A stretch of DNA of 26,895 bases from Candidatus Aegiribacteria sp. (GCA_046498225.1 JAWOBF010000119.1:1-26895); one strand, 5' to 3'; numbered from the stretch's first letter, positions 9,113 through 18,312 are shown. Numbers and translations are program-made. Notes: generated by a model from the letters alone, not told the origin.

Positions 9113-9883
9113 CTACCGGTCCCCGCCTGACTGCAGGTTCCTCAGGGTGAATATGTCGTCGTCGACGCCGCGGTCGAATTCGGCGCTGGTCCAGGAGACC
9201 ACGGTCCTGCTCCCGTCCTCGTCCGGTGAAACCACTTCCATGGTGGTGGGTATCGTCCGGCCGTCCATCTCCCGGACGTCGGAGAAGCGGATGGTCCTGA
9301 TAAGGTCTCCGCCGCTGTCGTAGTACTTCTCCCACAGGGGTATCATGTCCGGGAGCCTCACTGCTGCTATTATGGATGACCATACCACGGCGGTGGACTG
9401 CTTCGGCACCAGTTCGATATGGACGGTGTCCCCCTCCGCAGCGCCGCCCGTCATGGAGTCCGGGGCGAAGGAACAGTTGTAGTCCTCCGAGTAGGTTATC
9501 TCGCTGACGATGTCGTTGTTGGTCAGATCCGAGCCCATCCAGGAGCCGGACATCATGGATGGAGGTACCCTGACGGTACTGTTGGTGTTCGGAAGGTAGT
9601 TCCACATCTGATCGCCGATCCTGAGGGTCGCCGTGCCGGCCTCCCTGGCCGGGGAGAGTATCCTGATGAAAGTCTTCTCCGTTCCCTTCGACCAGGCGCG
9701 CATGGTCAGCGTCCTCTCCCAGTCGGGGGTCTCTATGTGCATGGTCATCTCCGCGTAGCTGTCCCGGCTCCGGTAGAGCTCGTCCAGGGAGCTTACTATC
9801 GCCTCGGGTGCAGGCGGGGCCGCAACCGCGCTCAGGAGGCCGGAGAGGATCAGCGGCCACAGGCTTCCCGCGGTCTTTCTCAT
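9113..9883 (-). CDS. Outer membrane lipoprotein-sorting protein (LolA-like family)
   Basis: Signal peptide, then P..EAGTATL...MWNYLP...SMMSGSWMGSDLTNNDI and C-terminal IFTLRNL, typical of the LolA-like family. ATGA overlap with the tetR stop codon. Confidence 0.85.
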   Translation of the reverse strand: MRKTAGSLWPLILSGLLSAVAAPPAPEAIVSSLDELYRSRDSYAEMTMHIETPDWERTLTMRAWSKGTEKTFIRILSPAREAGTATLRIGDQMWNYLPNTNSTVRVPPSMMSGSWMGSDLTNNDIVSEITYSEDYNCSFAPDSMTGGAAEGDTVHIELVPKQSTAVVWSSIIAAVRLPDMIPLWEKYYDSGGDLIRTIRFSDVREMDGRTIPTTMEVVSPDEDGSRTVVSWTSAEFDRGVDDDIFTLRNLQSGGDR

Positions 9884-10497
9884 GATACTCCTCCTTTCGG
9901 GCCGAGGCCTATGTACGCCGCCTCCAGCATTTCATCCAGAGAGTCCATCATACGGTCCGCCGTCATTCGCCGGTCCTCCGCGTACTTCATGAGCGTGGTC
10001 ATGACTATTCCGTACACCACCAGGGACGCGACCCTGACGTCCAGGTCCTCCCTCAGCTTCCCTTCCCGCGCCAGGCGGCCGATAAGGGATTCCAGCCCGT
10101 GAAGGAGGGTAGGGCGGTCATCGGGAATGTTTCCGCCGGAAGGGGCGCCGGTCGCGCCGAACGTCTTCCTGACCAGCTCGCCCAGCAGCTTTTCAGGATA
10201 TCTAGACAGGCTTTCCATGAAAGTGTTCAGGTATTCCCGCAGTATTTCCAGTCCCGATGCCCTGTGGGGCAGACCGGATTGCCCGGACAGGGCCGCAGCG
10301 GTATCCTTCGCCGTTATCGCCAGCAGTACCGCGCTCTTGGATTCGAAATAATTGTAGACGGTGCCCACGGCCACTCCCGCCCTGTCGGCTATGGCCTCGA
10401 TGGCGGTGGACCTGTAGCCCAGAGTAAAGAACAGCTCCCTGGCCGCATTCAGTATGGCATCATGAACTTTTGTCTTCTTGGTCTCTCTCAATCCCAT
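9880..10497 (-). CDS. TetR/AcrR family transcriptional regulator
   Basis: HTH segment ILNAARELF...GYRSTAIEAIADRAGVAVGTVYNYFESK. The start was moved to the ATG at 10497 (MGLRETKK) because a strong GGAGGT RBS precedes it. Confidence 0.92.
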   Translation of the reverse strand: MGLRETKKTKVHDAILNAARELFFTLGYRSTAIEAIADRAGVAVGTVYNYFESKSAVLLAITAKDTAAALSGQSGLPHRASGLEILREYLNTFMESLSRYPEKLLGELVRKTFGATGAPSGGNIPDDRPTLLHGLESLIGRLAREGKLREDLDVRVASLVVYGIVMTTLMKYAEDRRMTADRMMDSLDEMLEAAYIGLGPKGGVS

Positions 10498-10511
10498 GGT
10501 AACCTCCAGAA

Positions 10512-10527
10512 TATGAACCAGTTCATA
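10512..10527. promoter_or_regulatory. Putative TetR operator: inverted repeat TATGAAC-CA-GTTCATA
   Basis: Perfect 7-bp arms with a 2-bp spacer, immediately upstream of the tetR RBS, which is the usual autoregulatory position. Confidence 0.6.
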
Positions 10528-10661
10528 AATACCGGATATTTCACTCCCGTCAACCCGGCACCGCCGGCGGGCGGCGGTTATGACAGTCATGCCCCGGGAT
10601 AAGTATACTTGGACTTCGGGACGGTGACGGTGGTGACAGTGAAGGTGGAAGGAACGTTTCC

Positions 10662-11741
10662 ATGGCCGGGAACCTGGTGTTCGTGATGCTCGGCAAGAGG
10701 GATTTCAGGTCCGGCGGATACATCTTCAACTTCCGAATGGCCGAGTATCTGGAATCCCTGGGCCATCATGTGGACGTAATACACTTCAGGACCGTCCCGC
10801 CGGGCCTGCCCGGGAACTGGTACAGAGCTTCGAGGTACATCTGCAGGAGGATACTGGAACTCGACCCGGACCTGGTCATAGTCAGCAAGAGCTATCAGTA
10901 CATGCCGCTGTTCAGGGTCTCCCCCCTGTCCGGAAGGATACCCGTTCTATACCTTATGCATCATCTGGAATGGATGGACAGCGCGAGCAGGATGAAAGCA
11001 TTCATGTACAGGACGTACGTCAGGTGGCTGCTGGGGATGGCGGATACGGTCTGGGTCAACAGCGCCAGCACCGAAAGGGCTCTGAGGGAGAACGGGATAC
11101 CCGCTTCCAGAGCAAGGGTGATCAGTCCCGGGTTCGAGAAGACACCCGCGCCTCCGCCGGACCGTGCCGGAAGGACTGGCCCCGTGAGACTCCTGTGCGT
11201 GGGCAGCGTCTCTCCCCGTAAGGCCCAGCATGTTCTGGTAAGGGCATGCGGCCTGCTGGAGAAGGAACGCTTCATCCTCGAGATAGCCGGAAGCGTAACG
11301 GCGGACGAGGACTACGCCTCGGAGGTGGAGCTGCTCATATCCTCCCTGGGACTCGAGGATAGGGTGACCATGTCCGGCAACCTCGACCGGCGTGAACTGG
11401 AAGACGCGTACCGAAGGGCGGACATACTGGTACACCCCGCATCCTGGGAGGCCTTCGGGATGTCCATCCTGGAGGGTATGTGGCAGGGGCTTCCGGTAGT
11501 GGCCGCCGACGTGGCCGCCATTCCCGAGCTGGTCCGCGACGGTGAGAACGGCCTACTGGTTGAACCGGGCAGCGTCGCAGCCCTCGCGAAAGGCGTTCGC
11601 CACCTGATGGACAACCGGGAGAAAAGGCTGGAAATGGGCGCCAGAAGCAGGGAGCTGGCAGCGGACATGAACGACTGGAACGATACCTGCAGCGACTTCG
11701 CTGAACTTGTGGAAGATCTTCTGAAGGGGTGTGCGCGGTGA
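10662..11741 (+). CDS. Glycosyltransferase family 4 (GT-B fold)
   Basis: N-terminal SGGYIFN, VGSVSPRKAQ, and EAFGMSILEGM (ExFGxxxxE) followed by GLPVVA...AIPELV...ENGLLV. Confidence 0.9.
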   Translation: MAGNLVFVMLGKRDFRSGGYIFNFRMAEYLESLGHHVDVIHFRTVPPGLPGNWYRASRYICRRILELDPDLVIVSKSYQYMPLFRVSPLSGRIPVLYLMHHLEWMDSASRMKAFMYRTYVRWLLGMADTVWVNSASTERALRENGIPASRARVISPGFEKTPAPPPDRAGRTGPVRLLCVGSVSPRKAQHVLVRACGLLEKERFILEIAGSVTADEDYASEVELLISSLGLEDRVTMSGNLDRRELEDAYRRADILVHPASWEAFGMSILEGMWQGLPVVAADVAAIPELVRDGENGLLVEPGSVAALAKGVRHLMDNREKRLEMGARSRELAADMNDWNDTCSDFAELVEDLLKGCAR

Positions 11742-12928
11742 GCGATATCTGTGTTATGAAATTCGGCGGCACATGCCTTGCCACCGAGGAGGACAGGCGG
11801 AGGTCGGTGGAGCTGTGCATGGAGGAGCTTCATGATGACCGGAAAGCTGTGGTGGTTGTCTCCGCCATGGGCAGAAGGGGGGACCCTTATTCAACCGATA
11901 CGCTGCTGGACATGGTCTCCAGCCCCATCCCCCGGGAAAGGTCCTGCCTGCTGGCCTGCGGAGAGGTGGTAGCCGCCTCGGTCTTCGCGGATATGCTCAG
12001 GGGCAGGGGTGTTGCAGCCACCGCCGTAACAGGCTGGAACGCCGGCCTCAGGACCGACGGCAGGGACTGCGGCGCCGACCTCGAATCGCTGGAGACGGAT
12101 TACCTGGTGCGTTCTCTGGAAGAGTTCAGCTGCGTTGTGGTTGCCGGTTTTCAGGGCATGAGCAGCAGCCGCCGGGTCTCCACCCTGGGCCGGGGGGGGA
12201 GCGACATCACCGCCACCGCCATAGCCGCGGCCCTGGACGCGGACCGGCTCATACTCTTCAAGAAGGTCGATTCCGTCTACACCGCCGACCCGGAAAAAGT
12301 GCCGGAGGCGTTCAGGATAAGCAGGATAGCGGCGGAGGACCTGAGGCAGCTGGCATGGCAGGGGGCGGGCGTCGTGCATCCGAGGGCATCGGAGATAGCC
12401 GGGGACGCCGGCATCCCAATCTCGGTGAGGTCCCAGGATACCGGAGCCGGTGTCACCGAGATAGAGCCCTTCGTCATAAGGAGCGGCAGGTACATCACAG
12501 GCGTGGCCTCGGGCCCGGACGCCGCCCAGTTCAGGGTCATCTCCGAAGGAGACCTGACGCCGCACCGGTTCCACGCGAAGGCCTTCGGACTGGTGGCCGA
12601 CGCGGGTGTGTCCATGGACATGTTCAGCGTGTTCGATTCCACCGCGGTGTTCACCGTGCCGCTGGAGGACCGCGGCAGGGTCGAGGAGACCCTGCGGGGG
12701 GCGGGAATGGATCACCGGACCGTATTTCCATGTTCGAAGGTTTCCATAGTGGGCGCCGGCATGCACGGAATGGAGGGTGTGATGGCCAGGTTCGCCTCGG
12801 CCCTTCACAGGGCGGGGATAGACATGCTGCAGACCGTGGACTCACATGCCACCATCTCCGCACTGGTTCATCTGCAGCACAGGGACGACGCTCTCCGGGC
12901 GCTTCACAGGGAATTCCTGGAACAGTGA
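11738..12928 (+). CDS. Aspartate kinase (monofunctional, DapG/LysC-like) with C-terminal ACT domains
   Basis: VMKFGGT, VVVVSAMG...YSTD.LL, LLACGE, VAGFQG, TLGRGGSD, YTADP, HPRA and the ACT segment KVSIVGAGM. GTG start overlaps the GT4 stop (GTGA). Confidence 0.88.
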   Translation: MSDICVMKFGGTCLATEEDRRRSVELCMEELHDDRKAVVVVSAMGRRGDPYSTDTLLDMVSSPIPRERSCLLACGEVVAASVFADMLRGRGVAATAVTGWNAGLRTDGRDCGADLESLETDYLVRSLEEFSCVVVAGFQGMSSSRRVSTLGRGGSDITATAIAAALDADRLILFKKVDSVYTADPEKVPEAFRISRIAAEDLRQLAWQGAGVVHPRASEIAGDAGIPISVRSQDTGAGVTEIEPFVIRSGRYITGVASGPDAAQFRVISEGDLTPHRFHAKAFGLVADAGVSMDMFSVFDSTAVFTVPLEDRGRVEETLRGAGMDHRTVFPCSKVSIVGAGMHGMEGVMARFASALHRAGIDMLQTVDSHATISALVHLQHRDDALRALHREFLEQ

Positions 12929-13704
12929 CCCTCCTTGCGGTGATACTTCTGGCCCTGGTGCAGGGACTGACGGAGTTCCTTCCCGTTTCGAGTTCGGGTC
13001 ATCTGGCCCTGGGAGGCATTCTCCTTAAACTGCCCCGGGAGGACATCACCTTCGAGATAGTCGTCCACGTCGGTACGCTGATGGCGGTACTGGCAGTATA
13101 CCGAAAGGACCTGACAGAGCTTGTTGCCGGGGTCTTCCGGGGTGAGAGGGAATCCATGGCGCTTGCCGGTCTCCTTGCCCTGGCTTCGGTGCCCGCCGCC
13201 CTGGCCGGTCTCTACCTGCAGGATTCCATCGCCGGACTGTTCAACAGCCCTGTGGCGGTATCGGTCATGCTCCTCGTCACCGGAGCTGTTCTCTACAGCA
13301 CGAAGTTCATTAAGGGGGGCACCCGGGACCGGCCCACACCCGCAGGAGGACTTCTGGTGGGAATATCCCAGGCCCTGTCACTGCTGCCCGGAATATCCCG
13401 TTCCGGGCTGACCATTTCATCGGGCCTCTTCGCCGGCATAAGGAGGGAGAAGGCGGCCAGGTTCTCCTTCCTTCTCTCCGTTCCGGCCATAGCCGGGGCC
13501 GCCGCGCTGAAGCTCGGCGACGCGGGCACAGGCGATACCGGGCTTTCCCTGCTGCTCATCGGGTTTTGCGTATCCGCGGTGACCGGATACGCCGCCCTTC
13601 GAATACTCCTGCGGTTCCTCAGGTCCGGCAGGTTCGCGGTCTTCGCCTGGTACTGCTGGCTGGTCGGCCTGTCCGGTCTCATCCTCTCTCTGACTGGGGG
13701 CTGA
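12925..13704 (+). CDS. uppP: Undecaprenyl-diphosphate phosphatase (BacA/UppP)
   Basis: VQGLTEFLPVSSSGHL, HVGTL, PGISRSGLTI and AARFSFLLSVPAI motifs in a hydrophobic protein. GTG start at 12925 overlaps the kinase stop (GTGA). Confidence 0.95.
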   Translation: MTLLAVILLALVQGLTEFLPVSSSGHLALGGILLKLPREDITFEIVVHVGTLMAVLAVYRKDLTELVAGVFRGERESMALAGLLALASVPAALAGLYLQDSIAGLFNSPVAVSVMLLVTGAVLYSTKFIKGGTRDRPTPAGGLLVGISQALSLLPGISRSGLTISSGLFAGIRREKAARFSFLLSVPAIAGAAALKLGDAGTGDTGLSLLLIGFCVSAVTGYAALRILLRFLRSGRFAVFAWYCWLVGLSGLILSLTGG

Positions 13705-13705
13705 T

Positions 13706-16513
13706 TTGCTGGTATTGTTTCTCACTCTCCTCTCCGCCGTGGACCTGACCGGCTGGGAGGACAGTTTCTCCAGCGGTGAGTGGCAGGTATCCTACGACCT
13801 GGCCGTGGAAGCCCTGGCATCGGACTCATCATCCGCGGAGGCGTGGGCGGCCATGGCGTTTTCCGCCGGAGCTACCGGCCGGGAGTCCTCGGCCGCGGAC
13901 TACGCCGCCACCGCCGTCGAGCTGGATTCCACATCCGCCATGGCCTGGGCGGCCCTTGCGGCCAGCGGTGATGGCGACATGGAGTATTCCATGGAGAACT
14001 TCGCCAGGGCTCTCGAGCTGGACCCCGGCTTCGTTCCGGCGATAGTGGGCATGGCTCACTGTCTCATGACGGCCGAACGGGACGCGGCAGCTCTGAAGAA
14101 GCTGGAGAGGGCCATGACGGTGGACCCGGATTGGATATCCATATGGCTGAAGATGTCGGAGATTTATCGCTACAGGCAGGAATTCGAGAAGGCATTTCAG
14201 ATCATGAACGGAGCGCTGGCTCTCTGGCCGCGGAACAGGGAGCTTCTCATGGAGACGGCGTGGCTGTGCGAGGTGACCGGCAGGTACCGTGCCGCGGAGG
14301 ACATCTACTGGAAGGTCGCCGAAGCGCACCCTGATGACACCGGGGCGCTAACGGAGCTGGGAATGATGCTGGAGCACCGGGGCAGGTTCGGCGAAGCGGT
14401 GAAGGTGTACAGGGAGATAGGCAGGAGGGACCCGGAGAATTACTGGTGCCTGGGCGAGACAGGGATATGCCTTGAGACGCTGGGTGATACCCTGGGCGCG
14501 CGGGAGAGCTACCTGGAGGGTATACGGGTGAACCCGGAATACTCATTCGCCTACTACAGGCTGGGCCTTCTCGCCGAAGCGGAGGGAGATACCCGCTCCG
14601 CCATGGAAAATTACCGACTGAGTGTTGAGACCGATCCCTCCTTCTCCGAGGGATGGGTGGCCATGGGCCTGCTGTACGAGGACGAACTCGACTACGCTTC
14701 AGCCGAGATGATGTACAGGAAAGCCGTGGAAGCGGACCCCGGCTATTCATGGGCATGGGGTGAGCTGGCCCTGGTGCTGGAGCAGCTGGGTAGGCCCGGG
14801 GAGGCGGAAGAGGCCTACCAGCAGGGAATAGCTGCGGACAGCAGCTACGCGTGGGCCTGGGAACAGAGGGGGCTGCTCCTGGAGGACAGCGGAGACCTCG
14901 AGGGAGCCGCCCGATGGTACGGCAGGGCGGTGGGAACACTGGATGAGCCCGGAGTATGGCTCCTGGGAGAACTGGGTTACGTGCTGGAACAGCTGGGTCG
15001 TGATGACAGCGCCTCGGTATACTATTCCAGGGCCGTATCCGTCGATCCGTCCTACCTGTTCGGCCTTCAGAGGCTGGCGGGCATCCTTTCCCGGCAGGGG
15101 GAGTACTCAGGAGCTCTGGAGATCTGGGACGACTACACTGAAGCTGGGGGCTTCCCGGGGACCGCCCTGGCTGCGCGGACCATGATCTTCGAGGAGCTTG
15201 GAATGGATGATACGGCGGACAGCCTCAGGCGGATGCTGTCGGAGGAATATCCGTACGCCTGGATAGACCTGGCCTGGGATCATATACAGGCGGAACCGGA
15301 AGTCTCACTGGAGCTGGCCCGCAGGGCGGAAGAGGAATCCTCCGGGGACGACCCGGAGCACTGGGTGCTGCTGGCCGGCCTCTACGCCGAGCTGGACCGA
15401 ACCTCGGAAGCGGAGAGGAGCTACGCCGCCGCGGCCCGGCTCGCGCCGGACAGCGCGGATATCTGGATCGACTGGGGTTACTTCCTCTTCCAGCGGGACC
15501 GGGATGACGACGCGGCCGAGAAGTACCGGCGGGCCATTCGGCTGGACAGCCTTTCCTTCAGCGCCTGGGGAGGGCTGGGGGAGGCTCTCCTTTTCGCCGG
15601 CAGGTACGACCGGGCTCTGGAGGCACTGGAACGATGCAGGGAGCTGGACCCCTCCTCAGCCTGGGTATACGCCTACACGGGACTGGTCTGGGAGAGAAAG
15701 GGAGACCCGGACAGGGCGATGGACCACTATTTTCAGGCTCTCAGCGTCTCCCCCGGGTACGATTACGCAGAAGCGAGGATAAGGGAGATAACCGGCCCGG
15801 GGTACGATCCGGACTGGCACAGAAGGAGGTCCCGGCGTTTCACCGCAAGCCTTTATGCGGATACCCGGGTGGGCAACGGGAATATCAGGGAGAGGGACTA
15901 TTCGGTCGGATTCGATGTATCCCTCCAGTACGACCCCGACGGGAGCGAAGTATCCCTGGAGGCGGACCACAGGCTCAGGGAGACCTCCCGTGACTACGCG
16001 GGTGATTATTCCTGGAGCATGGTTACAGGCTCCATAGAGAGGGTGCTTTCCGATGATTTCACCGTTACCGCCAGCAGCTCCTGGGACAGGCAGCCCGGAA
16101 CGGTCAGACCCTGGCAGATCAGTTCCTACCTCTCCTTCGGATACAGGAACTGGATCCTGGACTGGCTGTGGTTCTCCCCCTCCCTGGGAATCGGCCAGGT
16201 GAACACGCACTGGGCTTCCGGTCTGGATAACGAGAGGACCGACAGGACCACTTTCTACGGCTCGCTTTCCCTGTGGTTCAGCGATGAGGATTCCCCTTTT
16301 CCTTCCCTCTGGCTCTGGGGCAATTTCTACCTGCCTCCGGATAATCCCGAGAACACGCTGATGAACGGTCTTGCGGAGCTTACCCTGGAAATGTGGGACC
16401 CTCTCTCGCTGACTCTGGGCTACAGCGCAGGATATACCAGGACCCCGGCCTACGATTTCTGGGAGAAGTACGACACCGAGTTCTATTCCAGGCTGAATTT
16501 CAGGGTCTTCTGA
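13706..16513 (+). CDS. Large tetratricopeptide-repeat protein with C-terminal outer-membrane beta-barrel (DUF481-like)
   Basis: Short hydrophobic N-terminus, about 690 aa of TPR-type units (W..LG......G...A...Y..A...DP), then about 230 aa of amphipathic strands ending RLNFRVF. TTG start. Confidence 0.8.
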   Translation: MLVLFLTLLSAVDLTGWEDSFSSGEWQVSYDLAVEALASDSSSAEAWAAMAFSAGATGRESSAADYAATAVELDSTSAMAWAALAASGDGDMEYSMENFARALELDPGFVPAIVGMAHCLMTAERDAAALKKLERAMTVDPDWISIWLKMSEIYRYRQEFEKAFQIMNGALALWPRNRELLMETAWLCEVTGRYRAAEDIYWKVAEAHPDDTGALTELGMMLEHRGRFGEAVKVYREIGRRDPENYWCLGETGICLETLGDTLGARESYLEGIRVNPEYSFAYYRLGLLAEAEGDTRSAMENYRLSVETDPSFSEGWVAMGLLYEDELDYASAEMMYRKAVEADPGYSWAWGELALVLEQLGRPGEAEEAYQQGIAADSSYAWAWEQRGLLLEDSGDLEGAARWYGRAVGTLDEPGVWLLGELGYVLEQLGRDDSASVYYSRAVSVDPSYLFGLQRLAGILSRQGEYSGALEIWDDYTEAGGFPGTALAARTMIFEELGMDDTADSLRRMLSEEYPYAWIDLAWDHIQAEPEVSLELARRAEEESSGDDPEHWVLLAGLYAELDRTSEAERSYAAAARLAPDSADIWIDWGYFLFQRDRDDDAAEKYRRAIRLDSLSFSAWGGLGEALLFAGRYDRALEALERCRELDPSSAWVYAYTGLVWERKGDPDRAMDHYFQALSVSPGYDYAEARIREITGPGYDPDWHRRRSRRFTASLYADTRVGNGNIRERDYSVGFDVSLQYDPDGSEVSLEADHRLRETSRDYAGDYSWSMVTGSIERVLSDDFTVTASSSWDRQPGTVRPWQISSYLSFGYRNWILDWLWFSPSLGIGQVNTHWASGLDNERTDRTTFYGSLSLWFSDEDSPFPSLWLWGNFYLPPDNPENTLMNGLAELTLEMWDPLSLTLGYSAGYTRTPAYDFWEKYDTEFYSRLNFRVF

Positions 16514-18312
16514 TGTATGGACTGCTGACCGCCGCCGTGTTGGTCTTCTTCCCCCCCGAACTGGAAACCTGGTACCGCAGCTGCGGGAATGGGGACTGGG
16601 AGGCGGCTGCCGCGGCCGCGGAAGATCTGATAGACAATGACCCGTCGGACGCTGAAGCGATGTCGGCGCTCATAGTAGCCTCCGTCCTGGCCTCGACTGG
16701 TCCCGTCGACACCGTTACCGCCGGTCCCGCCCCGGATACGGCAGGTTCCCTTGCCAGCACCGCCAGGGGCGCCATTCTCATGTCCGGCTCCGGTAACTTC
16801 CTGGAAGACGCCGGGCGACAGTTCGAAGAGGCTGTTGAGCTCGACCCCGGGAATGTCATCTCATGGTACATGCTGGGAAGGCTGAAGCTGAGCATGGACG
16901 AACCCGCAGCGGCTGAAAGCTGTTTCCTCAGGGCAGTTTCGCTGGATCCGGGGTTCCTCCCGGCGGAACTGGAGGCGGCCCGCATTATCAGGGACCGGGG
17001 CGACCTCCGGCAGGCTTCGCTGGACCTGCGGAATATCATGGACAGCCGGACCCCGGCGGGAGACATGGCCATGGCGGAGTACATTCTGCTCTCCCGGCGA
17101 CTCGGAATGACGGGGGAGGCGGACTCTCTGATGACGGTGCTGGAGGAGAGAGGCCGGGGAACATGGCTGCGGCTGGCCGAGGAGCAGGCCGCCATCCGTC
17201 CGGAGATATCGCTCATGGCTGCGGAGGAGGCGCTGGAGACAGCTTCCTCCGGACTGGCCCGGCTGTACGTCGAACTGGAAAGGTATGCAACCGCCTCGGA
17301 GATATGCCGGGAGCTGCTGAACGAAGGCGGCGGGGACAGCACCGGTGTGATGACCCTGCTGGGCACCGCCCTTTTCCGAATGGAGGAACACGGGAAGGCT
17401 GAGGAGGCCTTCCTGGCGGTCCTGGACAGGGACCCGGTATCGGTCACCGCCCTGCTCCACCTGGGAAGGATAGCCGAGATGGAAGGGAATATCAGTGCGG
17501 CGGTCGAATACTACCTCTCCGTGCTGGAAGCAAATCCCTTCGACGGTGATGCCAGGGCCCGCCTGAGGGAGATCGCGGACGATTCGTACGACCCTGAGTC
17601 CGTCACCGGTTCCGCCACCGGTTTCAGCGCCTCCGCCGGAGCCGACCTGTCCGTGGAGAGAGGCAGCCGGGACCTTCTGGAATGGGGAGGCAGCTCTTCA
17701 CTGTCCTACCGTTTCGACAGGAGGGGGACAGCCATCGACTGCAGCTTCGGGGGAAGGTCCGTCACCTGGGAGGAATCCAGCGGCCTGGGGACCGACACGC
17801 TCAACAGCGCCAGGGGATGGGCCAGACTGGGATTCGACTACTGGTTCAGCGAGGATTTTTACGTTCAGGCCCAGTCCAGCTGGGACAGGCAGATGTACAC
17901 CGAGCGTCCCTGGCGAATAAGCTCCCACGGGGCTCTGGGGTGGCGAAAATGGGTATTTTCAAGGTTCTGGTTCTCACCCAGGCTGGGTGTCGGTTCCATC
18001 AATGCCCGGTGGACGTCGGGCAGGGAGGAGGTCTACACGAACGACCTTACCCTTTTCGCCGCCGCGGGACTCAAATACAGCAAGCCCCATACCTTCCTCC
18101 GCAGGGCCGAGATCTCAGGCAGCGTCTACTTTCCCCCCGACGACCCGCAGAATTTCGTCTCCGGCGGAAACGTCTCCCTGACTTTCAGGAGCTGGAACTC
18201 ACTTTACATCGTACTCGGTTACGACATCGACTATACACGGTCTCCGGAGATATCCACCTGGGAGAAGTTCAACACCAGTTTCACCACCTCGATCAACCTG
18301 GACCTGTACTGA
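16513..18312 (+). CDS. TPR protein with C-terminal beta-barrel (DUF481-like); paralogue of the upstream gene
   Basis: ATG at 16513 overlaps the upstream TGA (MYGLLTAAVLVFF). TPR units are followed by a barrel-like region ending TSINLDLY, which shares SSWDRQ...RPW.ISS...WFSP.LG.G..N..W with the upstream protein. Confidence 0.8.
   Translation: MYGLLTAAVLVFFPPELETWYRSCGNGDWEAAAAAAEDLIDNDPSDAEAMSALIVASVLASTGPVDTVTAGPAPDTAGSLASTARGAILMSGSGNFLEDAGRQFEEAVELDPGNVISWYMLGRLKLSMDEPAAAESCFLRAVSLDPGFLPAELEAARIIRDRGDLRQASLDLRNIMDSRTPAGDMAMAEYILLSRRLGMTGEADSLMTVLEERGRGTWLRLAEEQAAIRPEISLMAAEEALETASSGLARLYVELERYATASEICRELLNEGGGDSTGVMTLLGTALFRMEEHGKAEEAFLAVLDRDPVSVTALLHLGRIAEMEGNISAAVEYYLSVLEANPFDGDARARLREIADDSYDPESVTGSATGFSASAGADLSVERGSRDLLEWGGSSSLSYRFDRRGTAIDCSFGGRSVTWEESSGLGTDTLNSARGWARLGFDYWFSEDFYVQAQSSWDRQMYTERPWRISSHGALGWRKWVFSRFWFSPRLGVGSINARWTSGREEVYTNDLTLFAAAGLKYSKPHTFLRRAEISGSVYFPPDDPQNFVSGGNVSLTFRSWNSLYIVLGYDIDYTRSPEISTWEKFNTSFTTSINLDLY

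Noticed and set aside
8886..9860. 324-aa alternative-frame ORF over the LolA-like gene, and similar antisense ORFs such as 6580-7527, 7439-8317 and 18902-19942
   Set aside because: They overlap motif-supported genes and show no domain signatures.
10498..10590. 31-aa N-terminal extension of TetR
   Set aside because: The RBS and the typical MGLRE start point to 10497. The extension runs through the putative operator.
12355..12924. 190-aa N-terminal extension of uppP in the ORF track
   Set aside because: It overlaps the aspartate kinase in another frame and is Arg/Gly-rich noise. UppP homology begins at the GTG at 12925.
13800..15790. Recurring short nucleotide motifs such as GACCC and CTGGG suggesting a DNA repeat array
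   Set aside because: They are explained by degenerate TPR coding periodicity. No identical direct repeats with spacers are present, so this is not a CRISPR array.
16393..16512. Upstream start for the second TPR gene, or a frameshifted single gene
   Set aside because: The TGATG junction gives a clean start with its own hydrophobic leader, and each protein has a complete barrel, so these are two genes and not a split one.
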